From: a virus
Length of the DNA stretch: 64,000 bases
IMG/VR virus record: IMGVR_UViG_3300036828_000771
Location: 13,590 to 77,589 of that record
Reading direction: 5' to 3' (one strand)
A program made the translations under genes and the position numbers. This document shows, in pieces, positions 25,444-35,299 of this stretch (its first letter is position 1; each line of letters begins with the position of its first letter). A model generated the notes under the pieces. It was not told the DNA's origin. It worked only from the letters and a program-made list of their open reading frames with translations, and ran no database searches.

Positions 25444-27227
25444 CCCTCCTTCAGAAAACAGATGCTGGTGGCGGCAACAGTCTGCGGCGTCGGGTAGTCG
25501 AGTACGCCCATGGCGCGCAGCCGGCCGAGGTTCTGGGCGAACGAGCCCGAGCCCGGCGACACGCCGACCGTCTCCGCGAGGTCCTGCTTGCCCGGCGCGC
25601 GCGGCCAGACCCGGATCAGTTCCCGCATGATGCTGGCCCTTGCAGGCGTCAGGCGGGAGAACAGCGCTGCGTGGACCTCCTCCTGCGAGGCGGTGGTCCT
25701 GCGGGCCTGTATCTCGCCCTGTGGCGTCAGCGCCGCCGTGTCGGGGCTTGGGTAGGCCAGCAGACCCGAGGCCTTCAGGGCGGCCAGATTCTGGGCGTAG
25801 CTGCCCGATCCCGGGCTCACCCCGGACCACAGCGCCACCTGAGCCTTGGTCGGCTGACCGACCCGCATGGCGGCGAAGAAGGCCAGCATGTTGAGGATGC
25901 GCTGCTGGGCCGGCGGCAGGCTGCCGTCGCCGTGAGCAACTTTCTTTTCCGTAGCTCGGGATGCAGTAGCTGGGCGCAGCACCTCGGGCGGCTCGCCAGT
26001 CCATGGCGTGTCGGGCACCGGGTGCGCCGGCCGCTCACCTTTTCCCCCGGCGCGGTGGTACTGAGGATTCTCTTCTCTGTGAGCGGGCTCTGCGGTCGCG
26101 CCGGCCGTGATGCCGACGCGCATCGTGTGGGAGATGACCTTGATCTCCTCCTCGATCTTGTCGCGCAGCGCGAACAGCTTCTCCCGGGCATCGTTGAACG
26201 CCGGGATCGCGGCCTCCATGGCCAGTCGCCGACCGTGCTCGCGGACGCTGGCGATCAGCTTGTCGTCCAGCATGGGCGGCACCGGGGCCTTCAGTCGCGC
26301 CTCCAGTTCGGCGACGCGACGGCGCAACTCGGTGGGATCGTTGGCCTTGAACTCGGCCTCGATCTGCGGCAGTTCGCCGAGCAGCTTGGTGACGAAGCTC
26401 TCGACGTTCACCGGCTGGGTTTTGACCTTGACCTCGCCGCGCAGCACCCGGCGATCCGGGTGGAAGGAATCCTTGGGCGGCACCTTCACCAGCACCGGCT
26501 TGTCGGAGCGCTCCAGCCACACCCAGCACTGGCCGGTCGGCAGCGTGGCCAGAGTCTTGATGATTGGCTTGGCGTCCTGCACATCGGCGATGTCGAACCA
26601 CTTCGACAAATTCATTAGCGAGTTGCGGCCTTTCTGCCGGTGCAGGAACAGGTTGTCGCACAGTTCGAGGACGGATTTGTTCACCTCTTCGGAGCGCTGG
26701 TTGATCAGCGTGCAGCCCAGCCGCTGATTGCCGCCCAGCCGCACCAGCCGCTCCACCTCGGCGTAGACCAGCCCGTCGTTGATCCGCTGCGGCACGAACT
26801 CGGCCGCCTCCTCGATGAAGACATGACGCAGGCCATGGTCATGGTTCTTGTTCATAAGCAGGCGCACGCAGTCGCGCACGATGCGCCGCCAGTCGGCCTT
26901 GCTGAGATCGCCGGCAAGGTTCAGCACCAACGACACGCCGCTCTGGAGCGCGGCCTCGACGATCTTCGGAGCCGTCATCGGATTGAGCGGCATGTCACCA
27001 TGCTCACCGACCACCACGACAGGCCGACCCTTGCCTTTCCCGGGCACACGCAGGAAGCGCCAGACGCCGGTCGGATCGAAGACGGTCAGCGGGATTCCGG
27101 CGTCGTACAGATGCTCGGCGATCTCCGTCCCGGTGTATGTTTTCCCTGAATCCCGTATCCCGAGGATGCCATTGGCGCGGCTGCCGATCTCGACTGGGTC
27201 GAGCTTCAGGCTGCCGAACTTGAACAC
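25440..27227 (-). CDS. HerA/FtsK-like (DUF87) ATPase with tandem C-terminal wHTH
   Basis: Walker A GIRDSGKT, VFDPTG, Walker B VFIEEA, NQRS; duplicated GVSPGSGS(Y/F)AQNL units. Confidence 0.8.
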   Translation of the reverse strand: MFKFGSLKLDPVEIGSRANGILGIRDSGKTYTGTEIAEHLYDAGIPLTVFDPTGVWRFLRVPGKGKGRPVVVVGEHGDMPLNPMTAPKIVEAALQSGVSLVLNLAGDLSKADWRRIVRDCVRLLMNKNHDHGLRHVFIEEAAEFVPQRINDGLVYAEVERLVRLGGNQRLGCTLINQRSEEVNKSVLELCDNLFLHRQKGRNSLMNLSKWFDIADVQDAKPIIKTLATLPTGQCWVWLERSDKPVLVKVPPKDSFHPDRRVLRGEVKVKTQPVNVESFVTKLLGELPQIEAEFKANDPTELRRRVAELEARLKAPVPPMLDDKLIASVREHGRRLAMEAAIPAFNDAREKLFALRDKIEEEIKVISHTMRVGITAGATAEPAHREENPQYHRAGGKGERPAHPVPDTPWTGEPPEVLRPATASRATEKKVAHGDGSLPPAQQRILNMLAFFAAMRVGQPTKAQVALWSGVSPGSGSYAQNLAALKASGLLAYPSPDTAALTPQGEIQARRTTASQEEVHAALFSRLTPARASIMRELIRVWPRAPGKQDLAETVGVSPGSGSFAQNLGRLRAMGVLDYPTPQTVAATSICFLKEG

Positions 27228-27228
27228 G

Positions 27229-27588
27229 TCAGAACCACACCTTGGCGTCGAACAGCACGGCCGGGCCGTAGATCGCAGGCGGATCGATCAGCGCCGGATT
27301 CTCCGGGTCGTGCGTGCGCATGTTGTTGAGGTAGATTTTGGTTGCCTTGTCGTTGCGCGGCAGCCCCTTCAGAGCGCTCATCTCGTCCACGAACATATCG
27401 AGGTACTGGCCGGTCCAGAACACGTTGACATGCTCGTACTCCTCCGCCGGTTCGAGCGCCGTCAGGATGTAGGGCTTCAGGAGTTCAAACACCGGCGTGC
27501 CGTCCGGGTTCAGTTCGACCGAGATCAGTTTCCCGGTCTTCTTCCCGGCCGCCGTCATCACGATCATCTGCAACAGCGTTTGCGCCAT
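27229..27588 (-). CDS. DUF3846-like protein, paralog of 15237-15563
   Basis: MFVDE...KGLPRN.KAT...IYGPAVLF. Confidence 0.6.
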   Translation of the reverse strand: MAQTLLQMIVMTAAGKKTGKLISVELNPDGTPVFELLKPYILTALEPAEEYEHVNVFWTGQYLDMFVDEMSALKGLPRNDKATKIYLNNMRTHDPENPALIDPPAIYGPAVLFDAKVWF

Positions 27589-27730
27589 CTCACGCCTCCC
27601 CGGATAAATCGGCCCGACCTAACCGCATCGGGGTTCTTTCTACCCCTTAGCGGGCTACTGGGCCGGGCCGACTCGTCCACCGGGGCCGTTGTCAGGTCCC
27701 CGGTAGCTAGTGACGGGTGTACCCGACCCG

Positions 27731-28006
27731 TCAGTGTTTCGTTTCTACCGCTTCGCCAACCTCGACGCCCGCCGCTTTGAACATCTCTTTGTTGCCGGCG
27801 ATGTCGTCGTCCTGCAATTCCTTCCACTCGCCCTCAGTATAGGGCAGGGAAGGATGATAGGGCATGCGTCCCGTCAAGGTCATGACGCCCTTCCGCTTCT
27901 CGTAGATCAGCGCCGTGCGCGGACAGCACCACACCCCGCCCTCTTGCAGCGAGTCGAACAGTTTCTCCGCCCATGCGATGCAGGCCGGATTGGTTGGGTA
28001 AATCAT
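27731..28006 (-). CDS. Hypothetical protein
   Basis: Coupled to the upstream ATPase gene. Confidence 0.6.
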   Translation of the reverse strand: MIYPTNPACIAWAEKLFDSLQEGGVWCCPRTALIYEKRKGVMTLTGRMPYHPSLPYTEGEWKELQDDDIAGNKEMFKAAGVEVGEAVETKH

Positions 28007-29034
28007 TGCTCGCTCGCGCGCGGCGGCTCAGCGCCGGGCTTGCCGCCAGCGCGCAGGTGCAAGCGCCAAGCGTTGGCCACGTCGAACAGGCGCTTGTGCT
28101 CGGGCGGCCGGTTCTTCGCCAGCCACTGCACCTGCTTCTGGACCTGCGGTTCGGCCATGATCGCGTCGACCTTCTCCCCGGTGTCCTGCTCTTTGATGCG
28201 CTTCAATAACTCGGTGACGCCCTGCGTGATCTTGTCGGGCGCACCTTTTGCCCACAGTGCCAGATACGCGCCGGGCTGCTCGCCGATCTGCACGCCGTCA
28301 GGAAAGTAGCCGAGATGGTCCTCGTGAATCTTGCGCGGCAGCTTGTAGTCGACGACACCCGGTGCGGCGCTGCTCAGCGTGATCAGCGTCGTCAACTCGA
28401 ACATGAAACGCTGATCGCCGATGGGCTGCCAGCCCAGCGACTGGATGCCGCCGCCGGTGGTCGGCTTCACCCGCTCCTCGGCGCGGAAGCAGAAGATGAT
28501 CGGGATTTTCCTCTGAAGGAAGCTGTTCACCATCGACTTGTGCGCCGACTTCGGCTTGATCCACGCGCGCATGTTCTGGCGCTCACGCTTGGCCTCGTCT
28601 TCGCCTGCGAACCTGTCGAGTTCGTGGTCATGCCATTCCAGCACGCCGCCATCGCCCGCCCACTCATGGCTCATCGAATCGATGATCAGGCAGTCGTACT
28701 TGGCAGCCTCGGCGTCCTCGGCCAGCTTGCGGAAGACCGGCGGCTCGAACGGCGGCAGGATGTCGGTGACATCGAACTTGTCGTGACCGGCGTAGTAGCT
28801 CATGCGGCGGCCCTCGGTGTCGCCCGCTGCAATCCTGCCGTTCGGCCCAACCATGCCACGCGCCAGCCTGAGCGCTGACTTGGTCTTACCCGAGCCGGTG
28901 CCACCGGCCAATCCGACGAACACATTGATGTTCTCGCGCTTGGCCGGCTGGAAGTTGTAGCGAATGACGTTGCTGTTGGTGTTGGTTGGCGGAGGGGATT
29001 GCTGCTCTTTCGGTGGTGTTGGTGTCTTGGCCAT
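28003..29034 (-). CDS. AAA_24/Sak4-like recombination ATPase
   Basis: GGTGSGKTKSAL, DTE, IIDSMSHEW; downstream of RecE-like nuclease. Confidence 0.8.
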   Translation of the reverse strand: MAKTPTPPKEQQSPPPTNTNSNVIRYNFQPAKRENINVFVGLAGGTGSGKTKSALRLARGMVGPNGRIAAGDTEGRRMSYYAGHDKFDVTDILPPFEPPVFRKLAEDAEAAKYDCLIIDSMSHEWAGDGGVLEWHDHELDRFAGEDEAKRERQNMRAWIKPKSAHKSMVNSFLQRKIPIIFCFRAEERVKPTTGGGIQSLGWQPIGDQRFMFELTTLITLSSAAPGVVDYKLPRKIHEDHLGYFPDGVQIGEQPGAYLALWAKGAPDKITQGVTELLKRIKEQDTGEKVDAIMAEPQVQKQVQWLAKNRPPEHKRLFDVANAWRLHLRAGGKPGAEPPRASEQ

Positions 29035-29045
29035 GCGAGTCCTCT

Positions 29046-29351
29046 TCATGCGTTGCCTTCCGCTGGGCTGTCGAGGGCGAGGAACATGGCGCGGTAGCGT
29101 GCCACCGCCGCCTCGTCGCCCTTGACCGTATGATCGAAGAAGTGCCGGCACGCCGCGATCATGCTGGCACGGTCGTCGTCGGTCTCGGAGGTGCAGATGC
29201 GCGTGTAGATCACGCCCAGCAGGGCATTGATCTCGACATCAGCCTCGGGCTTCTGGTTCCGACAGATGCCGTACACGTCGAGGATCACCATCAGGTGCTC
29301 GCCCAGCGCCTTGACCTCGACCTCGTCAGGGAACGTGACCTCTTTCTTCAC
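29046..29351 (-). CDS. Hypothetical protein
   Basis: GTGA overlap with the nuclease stop. Confidence 0.55.
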   Translation of the reverse strand: MKKEVTFPDEVEVKALGEHLMVILDVYGICRNQKPEADVEINALLGVIYTRICTSETDDDRASMIAACRHFFDHTVKGDEAAVARYRAMFLALDSPAEGNA

Positions 29352-30307
29352 TGCGGCCTCTGCCAAAGGGCGATGCGGTTCAGTGCGTCGAGCCGGCGCT
29401 GCTCCTTCAGGTTCGAGCGCCAGAACGCGGGATCGAGCGGCGCGGCGTCGCTGTCGTAGCCGGGCCATTCGTTCTTGGCCATGCAGACCGACCACATATC
29501 GATGCCGACCTCGACCAGTGTCGAGGCTTCGAGCGCCGCCTGATTGCCCATCCTGACGATGGACAGCCCGTAGGGCGGCTTCTGTTCGAGCACGATCCAC
29601 ATGAACTCGACCGTTTGGATGCTCGGCAGCAGTGCCTTCAGGCCGCGCTCGTAGAATCCCGCCTGATAGTCGTAGGCTTGGTCGAAGAATACCGACTGCC
29701 AGTCCAGCGGGTGCGCAGAGCCGGCCGTCGTCTTCAGTTCTGGCACCGTGATGTGAGTGCCGCCCTTGCGCACTTCGTCGTGCAGGTAGTCGAGCCGACT
29801 GCGGCACCACACGCCGCCGCGATCCTTCCACGCCATGGTGAGTTCGGCCTGTCCGCCGGTGAACAGCTTGTCGAGACCTTCGTTGGCCAGTTGCTCCTTG
29901 GCCGCCTTCTCGATCTCCAGCACGATCTCCATGTCCGGGTTCACGAGCGGGATGAGCCCGGCGTCGCGCGCCTCGTCGCGTTCGTCCTGCGCGTCATGCT
30001 TCTTGTAATCATCGTAGGGGATCACGGCGATGTTCGCGCCCTCGCCGAGGATCAGCGAGTGAACCGCCGACCCGATGTCCCTCACCCGGTTGGTTTTCTC
30101 TTCTGTCTCCAGAATGTTCGGGTTGAGTCTTGGGTGCCAGTAGCGTGCGTGGCGCGGCGAGCGGTTCACCATCATCTTGCAGATGGTGTTGTTGAGCGAC
30201 GGCTCGACCACCGGGTCCTCCAGATAGCGGGGCTCGGAGATGCCCGGGTAGAAGCCGGGCTTGTCGATGACCTTGGGTGGTTTGGGTGGGCGCTTGGTTC
30301 TTGCCAT
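29348..30307 (-). CDS. RecE/exonuclease VIII-like PD-(D/E)XK nuclease (DUF3799)
   Basis: GSAVHSLIL, CRSRLD, ELKTT and YDYQAGFY motifs. Confidence 0.85.
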   Translation of the reverse strand: MARTKRPPKPPKVIDKPGFYPGISEPRYLEDPVVEPSLNNTICKMMVNRSPRHARYWHPRLNPNILETEEKTNRVRDIGSAVHSLILGEGANIAVIPYDDYKKHDAQDERDEARDAGLIPLVNPDMEIVLEIEKAAKEQLANEGLDKLFTGGQAELTMAWKDRGGVWCRSRLDYLHDEVRKGGTHITVPELKTTAGSAHPLDWQSVFFDQAYDYQAGFYERGLKALLPSIQTVEFMWIVLEQKPPYGLSIVRMGNQAALEASTLVEVGIDMWSVCMAKNEWPGYDSDAAPLDPAFWRSNLKEQRRLDALNRIALWQRPQ

Positions 30308-30316
30308 GGTTCACAT

Positions 30317-30838
30317 TTAGGGCATCTGCCAGTTTCTGTCACTGTGGACAGTTTCCGGCTGCTGGCGTGAGCGCGTGCTCACTTTGGGCCGCCCGAAGTA
30401 GCGCCATGGCTTCTCCGACCTGTCGACGCGAAGCATGAGGCCCAGCATCGCAGCGTTGTCCTGAAAGCTGATCGCCTGCCAACCCAGCACCGGCAGCATT
30501 TCGGGGCGGGTCACGCCTTCAGGACGCATCAAGTGGCGCTCGATCATCTTCATCTTGCTGCCGCGTGTGGTCTTCAGGGGCTCCTCGGGCTCCTCGGGGA
30601 GCGGCTCGTCCTTGCGGCCTTTCAGGTAGCTCTCGATCAACGGCAGGCAATGCCGGCAGAAGTGGCTGACCGTCGTGGTGTCGATCAGTTTGTCGGGCCG
30701 GTCGACTTTGGTGGTCTCGACGCGCAGCCAGCCTCGTGGGAGTCGGACAAATGACTTGTCGTCCGTTAGCTTGATGCCGTCGCTCTCGATGACCTTGCAG
30801 CCATCACAGCGGAAGCGGCCGATAGACTTGAAACTCAT
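30317..30838 (-). CDS. Zn-finger plus DUF3489-like wHTH protein
   Basis: CDGC...CRHC; LMRPEGVT..EM...LGWQ. Confidence 0.55.
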   Translation of the reverse strand: MSFKSIGRFRCDGCKVIESDGIKLTDDKSFVRLPRGWLRVETTKVDRPDKLIDTTTVSHFCRHCLPLIESYLKGRKDEPLPEEPEEPLKTTRGSKMKMIERHLMRPEGVTRPEMLPVLGWQAISFQDNAAMLGLMLRVDRSEKPWRYFGRPKVSTRSRQQPETVHSDRNWQMP

Positions 30839-30940
30839 CTCATCCTCCAGAAAAAATTGCCGGTCGCGAGTAGCTTCCCACGCCAACTCCACCGGCCCTC
30901 GACTCCACGGCACACCCATATCGTGGCGTCGAGCAGTCCA

Positions 30941-31144
30941 TCATGGGCGCTTCTCGAAATCGAAGACCTTGTTGTTGTCGTCCGTGATCGACACGCGCGG
31001 CCGACCGGCCCGCAACTGCCGGCGCACCTTGCGCCGCACGGAGCGCTTGGCGTTGATCTTCAGGTCGGTCCATGCCCGCTTGACCGATGGGAAATACTCG
31101 CCGTTGACGAGGACTTTGATGCGCGATCTGTCAAAGTCCATCAT
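30941..31144 (-). CDS. Small basic hypothetical protein
   Basis: VNGEYFPSVKRAW, resembling a NUMOD-type DNA-binding motif. Confidence 0.45.
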   Translation of the reverse strand: MMDFDRSRIKVLVNGEYFPSVKRAWTDLKINAKRSVRRKVRRQLRAGRPRVSITDDNNKVFDFEKRP

Positions 31145-31336
31145 GAGGTTCCTTGATCAGCGTTGCACACTCCTGCACCATCAGGTCGCGGCCGGCTCCG
31201 AACGGCAGGAAGCACGGGGCATGGCGGACCTGCCAGACCATCAGGATGACGATCAGCAGGGCGATAATCGCGAGTTGCAGGAACCGATATGTCATAGTCC
31301 ACAATGCCCCAAATATGGGGCATCATACCGACAGGA

Positions 31337-32008
31337 TCAAGTGTGCGGCTTGGTAGCGATCTCGATAGTCTGGCCATCTGGTGAGCGAAGCACCGTCTTC
31401 GTCATGCCCGTGGCGCTCGGCTCGCCCTCGAACTCGACGGTATAGGCCAGCCTGTCTACGAGCTTGTTGATCCGGGTCTGCTTCATCTCGGGACTCGCTT
31501 TCGAGTCTCTTTCGTACCAGCCCTCGCCGGTCAGGCTGGGCGGCGCGAGGAAGATGGAATCTCGTTCATTGAACCGGATCAGGGCGGCCTTGCGCTGACG
31601 GTCGATGTAGCGCCGCAGCGCCGGATCACGGTGCGCGTCGGGGTAGTCCGGGTCGACCCATATCTGGATGACTTCCATCTCAATCGTCTCGCCAGTGTCG
31701 TGGCGCACCATCTCGACGAGGTCCGGCATGATGTCGATCACGTAGTGCACGCGGTCCGGGCGTTGCATGTCGTGCGTGTCGTTGTTCACCAGCCAGCGGC
31801 AGTTCCAGATCGAGCACGAGTACGGCATGGCCTTGGTGCCATGGAGCTTGCAGCCCACACCGTGCTTCTGGTGCGGGCAGCGCTGTCCCGCCTTCTTGTT
31901 CAGCGCTCCCGGCATCTGTAGCGTCCTGCCGTCGCTGGTGATGATGTTCGCGCCATCGGCAACCGGCAGCAGGACGCAGCAAAGCTGACAGTCGCCGCAC
32001 TTACGCAT
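31337..32008 (-). CDS. YkgJ-like Cys-cluster (CxxCxxCC) protein
   Basis: CGDCQLCC...CPHQ...GC...CSIWNCRW. Confidence 0.7.
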   Translation of the reverse strand: MRKCGDCQLCCVLLPVADGANIITSDGRTLQMPGALNKKAGQRCPHQKHGVGCKLHGTKAMPYSCSIWNCRWLVNNDTHDMQRPDRVHYVIDIMPDLVEMVRHDTGETIEMEVIQIWVDPDYPDAHRDPALRRYIDRQRKAALIRFNERDSIFLAPPSLTGEGWYERDSKASPEMKQTRINKLVDRLAYTVEFEGEPSATGMTKTVLRSPDGQTIEIATKPHT

Positions 32009-32522
32009 CGGTGCGAAGTCCTTCGAGAAGACGGGGTGTACGGTCGGTGATTTGGCAGCAGACCCACAGCGTCGTCTCAGCGCTGTTGGCTCCCCTATAG
32101 CGAGCATAATAGACATTGTCTTTCAACTCTTTCAGTTCACGCTCCAGCATCTTGCGCGTTGCCTTCCACATCGTTTTGACGTGGTCATTGAAGTCTGGCT
32201 GCCATGTCGAGTCGAAGGTCCATCTTCGATATCTTTTTGTCCCGCGCTGTTGCCACTTGAAGGTCGGCTCATTCACCAGCACCTTGGGCGCGGGAGGTAA
32301 CACCATGGCTTTGAGTTCTGCCTTCAGCCGAGCGATCTTCGGGGCGTACTTCTGCTCAACGATGACTTGCGTTACACCCAGAAAATTGTACCGAGAGCGA
32401 CCGCCGTACCACGCATCTCGCTGACCTGAAGACCATCTGCTACACGCCTCATAACATGATTTGCAGAGGCCGAACCGCTCAGGTCTTCCCGGTGTACGGC
32501 AGACAACGCAATAGCGTCTCAC
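32001..32522 (-). CDS. Hypothetical protein with N-terminal Zn finger
   Basis: CVVC...CKSC; more AT-rich codon usage. Confidence 0.5.
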   Translation of the reverse strand: MRRYCVVCRTPGRPERFGLCKSCYEACSRWSSGQRDAWYGGRSRYNFLGVTQVIVEQKYAPKIARLKAELKAMVLPPAPKVLVNEPTFKWQQRGTKRYRRWTFDSTWQPDFNDHVKTMWKATRKMLERELKELKDNVYYARYRGANSAETTLWVCCQITDRTPRLLEGLRTDA

Positions 32523-32782
32523 TCGCCTGATTCCTCTGTGACGAGGTTGATCGTCTTGACTTCACCGATACCGCGTCGCGCATACTCCAGATCAAGGTAG
32601 GCCGCCGAAATGATCTGAGCGCTCACCTGCGCCATGACGCGAGCGCGATTCCAGTCTCCGATTCCCGCCCCCAATAAATCCAACTGATGGAACAATGCTT
32701 CGCGCAATCCGTCGCTGGTGCGCCTTACCCGGTTCACGACAACAGACGGCGCAGACGGCGGGGATGATGATGGCTTACGCAT
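32519..32782 (-). CDS. Hypothetical protein
   Basis: LREALFHQLDLL...AQIISAA; coupled ORFs. Confidence 0.55.
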   Translation of the reverse strand: MRKPSSSPPSAPSVVVNRVRRTSDGLREALFHQLDLLGAGIGDWNRARVMAQVSAQIISAAYLDLEYARRGIGEVKTINLVTEESGE

Positions 32783-33242
32783 CGGCGAGAGCCCTGAACA
32801 GGCCCGGTCCCTTCGGCGCGTTCGCGCGCACGTTGTCGATGAAGTGCATCACCTTGGGCTGGCGGCCGGTCTGGCCCAGCTTGCCTCTGGGCTTGACGTG
32901 CGCCCCCAGTTTCTCGATGCCTTTTGGTGCTCTGAGGATGAAGTCGCCGGCTTCCATGCGACCGCCCCGGTCGAAGATCATCAACTCGGTGTAGAGATTG
33001 CCCGGCGTGATGAAGCGCAACCAGTAGCCGTCCCGGCGCTCGACGTAGGTCTTCGTCTTGTAGACCATCGCCTGCCTGAAATGCTCCTGCCGGCACAGGG
33101 CGTTGGCGGCGGCGCAGGCCGCGTTGTCGCGCCGCTTGGCCGACTTGATATCGGATTCTGTGACGGTGACGATGAGATCGCGCGTGGCATCCTTCAAGGG
33201 TGCGTTGGGGTTGGGCCGCTGAGGTCTCGGTGATCGTGCCAA
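32775..33242 (-). CDS. Hypothetical protein
   Basis: VTESDIK...CAAANAL. Confidence 0.6.
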   Translation of the reverse strand: MARSPRPQRPNPNAPLKDATRDLIVTVTESDIKSAKRRDNAACAAANALCRQEHFRQAMVYKTKTYVERRDGYWLRFITPGNLYTELMIFDRGGRMEAGDFILRAPKGIEKLGAHVKPRGKLGQTGRQPKVMHFIDNVRANAPKGPGLFRALADA

Positions 33243-33431
33243 GGGTTCGCCTATGTGATTGTGGAGGAGAAGTTCTGCTAGTTTTTTGCAATACCCTAAA
33301 TTGTAGCCACGGGCAACTGGTGCAGTTTCACATCCGTCGTTCGCTTGGGTAATAGGTCCAGCCCTGATCGACGCAGGCGTAGACGAAGGCCAGCAGCATC
33401 ACGACAAGGCACAGGTTGACGAAGAGGGGTT

Positions 33432-33686
33432 TCATTCGACCTTGCGCCACGTTTTGTAGATGGAGCGCCAGTGCTGCCACACGCTCTCGGTGTGCGGCCG
33501 GTCGGGCAGTTCGGGGATTATCGGTGTACCCGTCAACGTCAGGGCATGGCTGCCGGCCGCGACCTTGAGCAAGGCGGCGCGCATTTCGACGGCCTGCGGG
33601 CTGGTGTCGTACTTGAGCAGGATGAGCGTATAAATCATGGCCTCGCCGCGCACTTTGGCGGCCTGCCACGCCGGGACCTGCCTCAT
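33432..33686 (-). CDS. Hypothetical protein
   Basis: RBS GGAGG; overlap with upstream stop. Confidence 0.5.
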   Translation of the reverse strand: MRQVPAWQAAKVRGEAMIYTLILLKYDTSPQAVEMRAALLKVAAGSHALTLTGTPIIPELPDRPHTESVWQHWRSIYKTWRKVE

Positions 33687-34042
33687 TGGGCTTCCTCCAC
33701 GATCATCGGCAACTGGCGCAGCTTGGCGCGCACCATCGCCACCGCCGAATTGTGCATGTTGATCGCTTGATCCCACGTCGCGCAGCGCGTCTGGTAGCGG
33801 TCCCACTGATCGGTTGGGAAGATCATGGTCTCGAACAGGATCGGCGGAGCGTCGGCGTCGCCGTGGATGATCGCCGCGTGATTGTGATCGAGGCCGAGGA
33901 ACGTCGTGCTGACAAACGCGCCACCGATCTCGTCGCCGGCCACATGCCGGTCGTCACCGAACGTCATCGCCCAGTCCACCACGTCGTCGCCGCACGGGAC
34001 CGCGAGCTTGCCGAGCAACTTGTAGAACATCGGACGGTGCAC
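33683..34042 (-). CDS. Conserved phage hypothetical protein
   Basis: VSTTFLGLDHN...PILFETMIF...RCATW..A..H. Confidence 0.7.
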   Translation of the reverse strand: MHRPMFYKLLGKLAVPCGDDVVDWAMTFGDDRHVAGDEIGGAFVSTTFLGLDHNHAAIIHGDADAPPILFETMIFPTDQWDRYQTRCATWDQAINMHNSAVAMVRAKLRQLPMIVEEAQ

Positions 34043-34043
34043 G

Positions 34044-34304
34044 TTATCGTCCCTCGACGACCTCGTCGTCGGCTTCGCCGTTCAGAGCCCGAACCTTGGT
34101 GATCAGCGACTTCACGGAATCGCGCAGCGTCTCGGATACCTGCAAGAGGGTGCTGAAGTCGATCTCGTCCGGGGTCTTGAACTCGACGCGCCGGAGGACC
34201 GTGCCGTTCTGGAAGAACTCGAACGCCTTGACGCGCGGGCAGGCCATGTCGCCGTGCGTGGACTGGCCGCACCACTGGCAGCGAGGCTGGGGGGCTGTGG
34301 TCAT
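34044..34304 (-). CDS. Small Zn-ribbon protein
   Basis: CQWCG...H...CPRVKAFEF...G..RRVEF. Confidence 0.55.
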   Translation of the reverse strand: MTTAPQPRCQWCGQSTHGDMACPRVKAFEFFQNGTVLRRVEFKTPDEIDFSTLLQVSETLRDSVKSLITKVRALNGEADDEVVEGR

Positions 34305-34357
34305 GAGGACAAGAGGGTGCCGGACCCGGCAGGAACCGGGTCCGACCTCTGACAGAA

Positions 34358-35050
34358 TCAGGGTTTCGCTTGCGGTGTCGGCACGGCACCACCGGATGGC
34401 GGATTGTACGGAGGGCCGACTTTCTGGACCGCCCACCGCAGACCTTCCGGCGTCTTGACGATCACCAGAACAGTTCCGACCGGCACGCTGTCGGGCGGCG
34501 GCAAGGTCGGCGGCTGGTTGGGCGGCGGCAGCACGATGGGATGCTCGGGAACCGGCGGCGATCCACCCGGCGCAATCGGATGACCGACGCTGACATTGGG
34601 TGGCCACACCACGGGCGGCGGCAGCACGATGGGATGCGACGGCACGCCGGGTGAAACGGCATCCGGAGGGATCACGATGGGATGCGCCGGCTGACCGGGG
34701 CCGGGCCAGACTTCGGGTGGCAGCGGCGGCAGCACAATCGGGTGCGTCGGCACGCCGGGGCCAATCGCCTCGGGCGGGATCACAATGGGGTGGCCCGGTT
34801 GAACCGGAATGTAGATCGGATGGCTCGGTGTGCCGGGCGCAATCGCATCGGGCGGAATCGGCAGCACGATGGGCTGGGTCGGAAAGCCGGGGCCTTGGCT
34901 CGGGCCGGGCGGCGGGCCGCCGGGGGCGATGGGATGCGCGGGGTAGCCGGGGCTCGGCCAGATTCCGGGCGGCGGTCCACCCGGGGCAATCGGGTGGGTC
35001 GGTTCACCGCCGCTGGCGAGCGGAACAATATAGGCGAGAAATGCATTCAT
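34358..35050 (-). CDS. Proline-rich HPI-repeat protein
   Basis: Nine HPI units plus one QPI unit; RBS AGGAG. Confidence 0.7.
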   Translation of the reverse strand: MNAFLAYIVPLASGGEPTHPIAPGGPPPGIWPSPGYPAHPIAPGGPPPGPSQGPGFPTQPIVLPIPPDAIAPGTPSHPIYIPVQPGHPIVIPPEAIGPGVPTHPIVLPPLPPEVWPGPGQPAHPIVIPPDAVSPGVPSHPIVLPPPVVWPPNVSVGHPIAPGGSPPVPEHPIVLPPPNQPPTLPPPDSVPVGTVLVIVKTPEGLRWAVQKVGPPYNPPSGGAVPTPQAKP

Positions 35051-35299
35051 TGAGGTCTCCTGTTCAGGTCGGTACGATTTTAGGGCGCGGTCTCATCTCT
35101 CCCTTACCCTAGGGCCGCTTGGAACGCACGCCCCTCTTCTTCGCCTGCGGTGGATGAGGGAAGACAATATCGAGGGCAGACACGCTAATGTCATACGCGC
35201 GACGGCACGCCAGCAACCGACGATATCGGCGATGGAAATCGCGGATGAGCACCGCAAGCTCCATCGCCTGTGCGCGGTGCCACTTCGGCTTCGGCCGCA

